From contig OX597815.1 in NCBI GenBank assembly GCA_951406725.2, forward strand, positions 191,208,001 to 191,272,000: 64,000 bases of DNA, written 5' to 3'. This document shows, piece after piece, positions 62,001 through 64,000 of the stretch. This stretch comes from Octopus vulgaris. Lineage: Eukaryota. How positions within the stretch are numbered: the first letter of the stretch is position 1; every line of letters starts with the position of its first letter. The notes below the pieces were generated by a model. The model searched no databases, was not told the origin of the DNA, and was given only the letters and a program-made list of their open reading frames with translations. A program made the translations under genes and the position numbers.

Positions 62001-62640
62001 CTGAGGTGGCAAGCTGGTAGAATTGTTAGCACATTGGGCAAAATGCTAAGAAGCATTTCATCTGTGTTTGTGTTCTGAGTTCAAATTTTGCTTTGGTCAA
62101 CTTTGCCCTTCATTCTGTTAGGGTTGATAAAATAAGTACCAGTTGAATACTGGGGTTGGTGTAATTGACTTACTCCCTCCCCTGCAGTTGCTGGCCTTGT
62201 CACAAAATTTCAAATCAGTATTAATATTATAATTAAGCCAGCAAACTGTCAGAATCATTAGCACAATGGGCAAAATGTTTAGGGCATTTCATCCATCTTT
62301 ATGTTTTGAGTTCAAATTCCACCAAGGTCAACTTTGCCTTTCATCCTTCTGGGACCAACACAATAAGGGCAGTGAGCTGGTAGAAATGTTAGCATGCCAG
62401 GTGAAATACTTAGTGGTATTTCATCTGCCGTTACATTCTGAGTTCAAATTCTGCACTGGGGTCGATGTAATCGACTAAATCCGTTTGTATGTCCTTGTTT
62501 GTCCCTTCTATGTTTTGCCCCCTGTGGGCAATAAAGAAATAAATAAGAACCAGTTAAGCACAGGGGTCGACATAATTAACTTGAGGGTTGACCTCCTCAA
62601 AATTGCTGACCTTGTGCCAAAATTTGAAACCAATATAAAT
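61843..62640 (+). mobile_element. Cluster of SINE family B copies and fragments
   Basis: Repeated family B heads and bodies with (ATT)n. Confidence 0.8.
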
Positions 62641-62747
62641 ATTTTAATTAACTACGTGTTAGAAAAATTTCTGATCAAAAAGCTTTGCAGTATTTGTTCT
62701 GGATCACTATGTTCCGAGTTCAAATCCCTCTGGGATCACAAAGATAA

Positions 62748-62970
62748 CATCATCATCATTATCATCATCGTTTAACGTCCACTTTCTATGCTAGCATGAG
62801 TTGGACAATTTGACTGACGTCTGGTGAAACAGATGGCTGCACTAGACTCCAGTCTGATCTGACAGAGTTTCTACAGCTGGATGCCCTTCCTAATGCCAAC
62901 CACTCCAAGAGTGTAGTGGGTGCTTTTACGTGTCACCGGCACAAGGGCCAGTCAGGCGGTACTAGCAACA
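62748..62970 (-). mobile_element. RTE 3'-UTR element (family D)
   Basis: Shared motif and (CAT)n tail. Confidence 0.82.
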
Positions 62971-63088
62971 TATCAGTCATGTACTGAAGTTGATGGTATC
63001 TTCCAGTCAAAATTACTAGCCTTGTGTCAAATCAGAAACTATCATCATCAGCACCACTACCACCATTATTATGTGCTTGCTCTCCTTC

Positions 63089-63367
63089 TGGTGGTTCCCA
63101 AATATTTTCAGGCTGCCATCATCCCCCTTGACACCCAGGCCACATTCCTAGCACTTCCACCCCAACTAACCTTCACAAACATATACCTTTTTCTAAAGCA
63201 AATTCAGAGCAACTGTATTTCACAAACAAAACTTAAACTAATGAACCCATTATTTTGTTGTTTTTACTTGAATCTTAACCCCATTATCACCCCACTTTTC
63301 TTCAATGCCCCCTTGGAACTTTCCACCACCTTCAGGGAAACTATACCACCCACTTTGGGAACCACTG
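63089..63367. mobile_element. hAT (Charlie-like) MITE, relative of 28460-28968
   Basis: tggtggttcccaaa ... tttgggaaccactg; shared interior ggccacatt.ctag and aacccatt. Confidence 0.7.
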
Positions 63368-63954
63368 AACTACAAGATCTATGCCCCTTTCAGTCAATCC
63401 AGGTAATGGCAACACTGTTTCAGAAAAATATAAATCTAAAAGTAGTCTTGATTGTCTAAAGGCTGGATTTCTTCAGATGTCTGAAAGCTTACCTCAGAAC
63501 ATCTCACTCATTAATGTTAACGGGTGATTAGAATGGTGTCTTAGATACATGTAAAGATTCTCACAAATATGCCAGTGTGTACTTGAACAAGCTGCAACGA
63601 GGTCATATTTAGAGTTTTCATTAGATTAACTGACAGGAACAGCAACTGTTACCCACAGCTTTATGTAGCTGGCTCTCTCAACCACAGATTTGTAATCTTT
63701 CCAGTCAATTTAGACAAGATTAATAAGCAGGGTCTGGTGTATTGGAAAGTTATTGCACCTTTCCCTGCACATTAGATTTCAGGGACTAGATTAGTGAAAT
63801 TAGTGACAGGTACAATTATTAATTCCTTATCCTGGTGGTTCCTGCTATAAAGGTAGATTAGAACAGAAGCTATAGTGTTGAACTAATTGGAAATTGAAAT
63901 CATTGACATTTCTTTAAGAGTACCAGGCAATAACAGGAACATACATTAGACATA

Positions 63955-64000
63955 TGTGGAGGCACAATGGCCCAGTGGTTAGGGCAGCGGACTCGCAGTC
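63955..64000 (+). mobile_element. SINE family C head, cut by window end
   Basis: gtggaggcacaatggcccagtggttagggcagcggactcgc. Confidence 0.85.

Overview
AT-rich, repeat-saturated eukaryotic DNA. The SINE/LINE families and microsatellite load resemble coleoid cephalopod (Octopus-type) sequence; that assignment is an inference from memory of these repeats. Only one host coding exon is convincing: a 108-nt phase-1/phase-1 exon at 12298-12405 (+) encoding the LSFAVGGLLGDVFLHLLPEAW motif of zinc transporter ZIP13 (SLC39A13). Most of the window is therefore probably very long intron. The rest is a nested mosaic: three tRNA-headed SINE families, many 3'-UTR pieces of an RTE LINE, decayed RTE and R4/Dong LINE coding fragments, four non-autonomous Helitrons, hAT/mariner/piggyBac-type MITEs, foldback palindromes and microsatellites. 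Nearly all ORF-track entries are microsatellite or repeat artefacts. The most unusual object is a tRNA-promoter + microsatellite + minimal hammerhead ribozyme retroposon with an inverted terminal duplication and a 12-bp TSD (55904-56273), a candidate Penelope-mobilised SINE; two more hammerhead-like motifs lie near 47.35 and 48.3 kb. No CRISPR array or intact autonomous element was found. Boundaries of degraded repeats are approximate.
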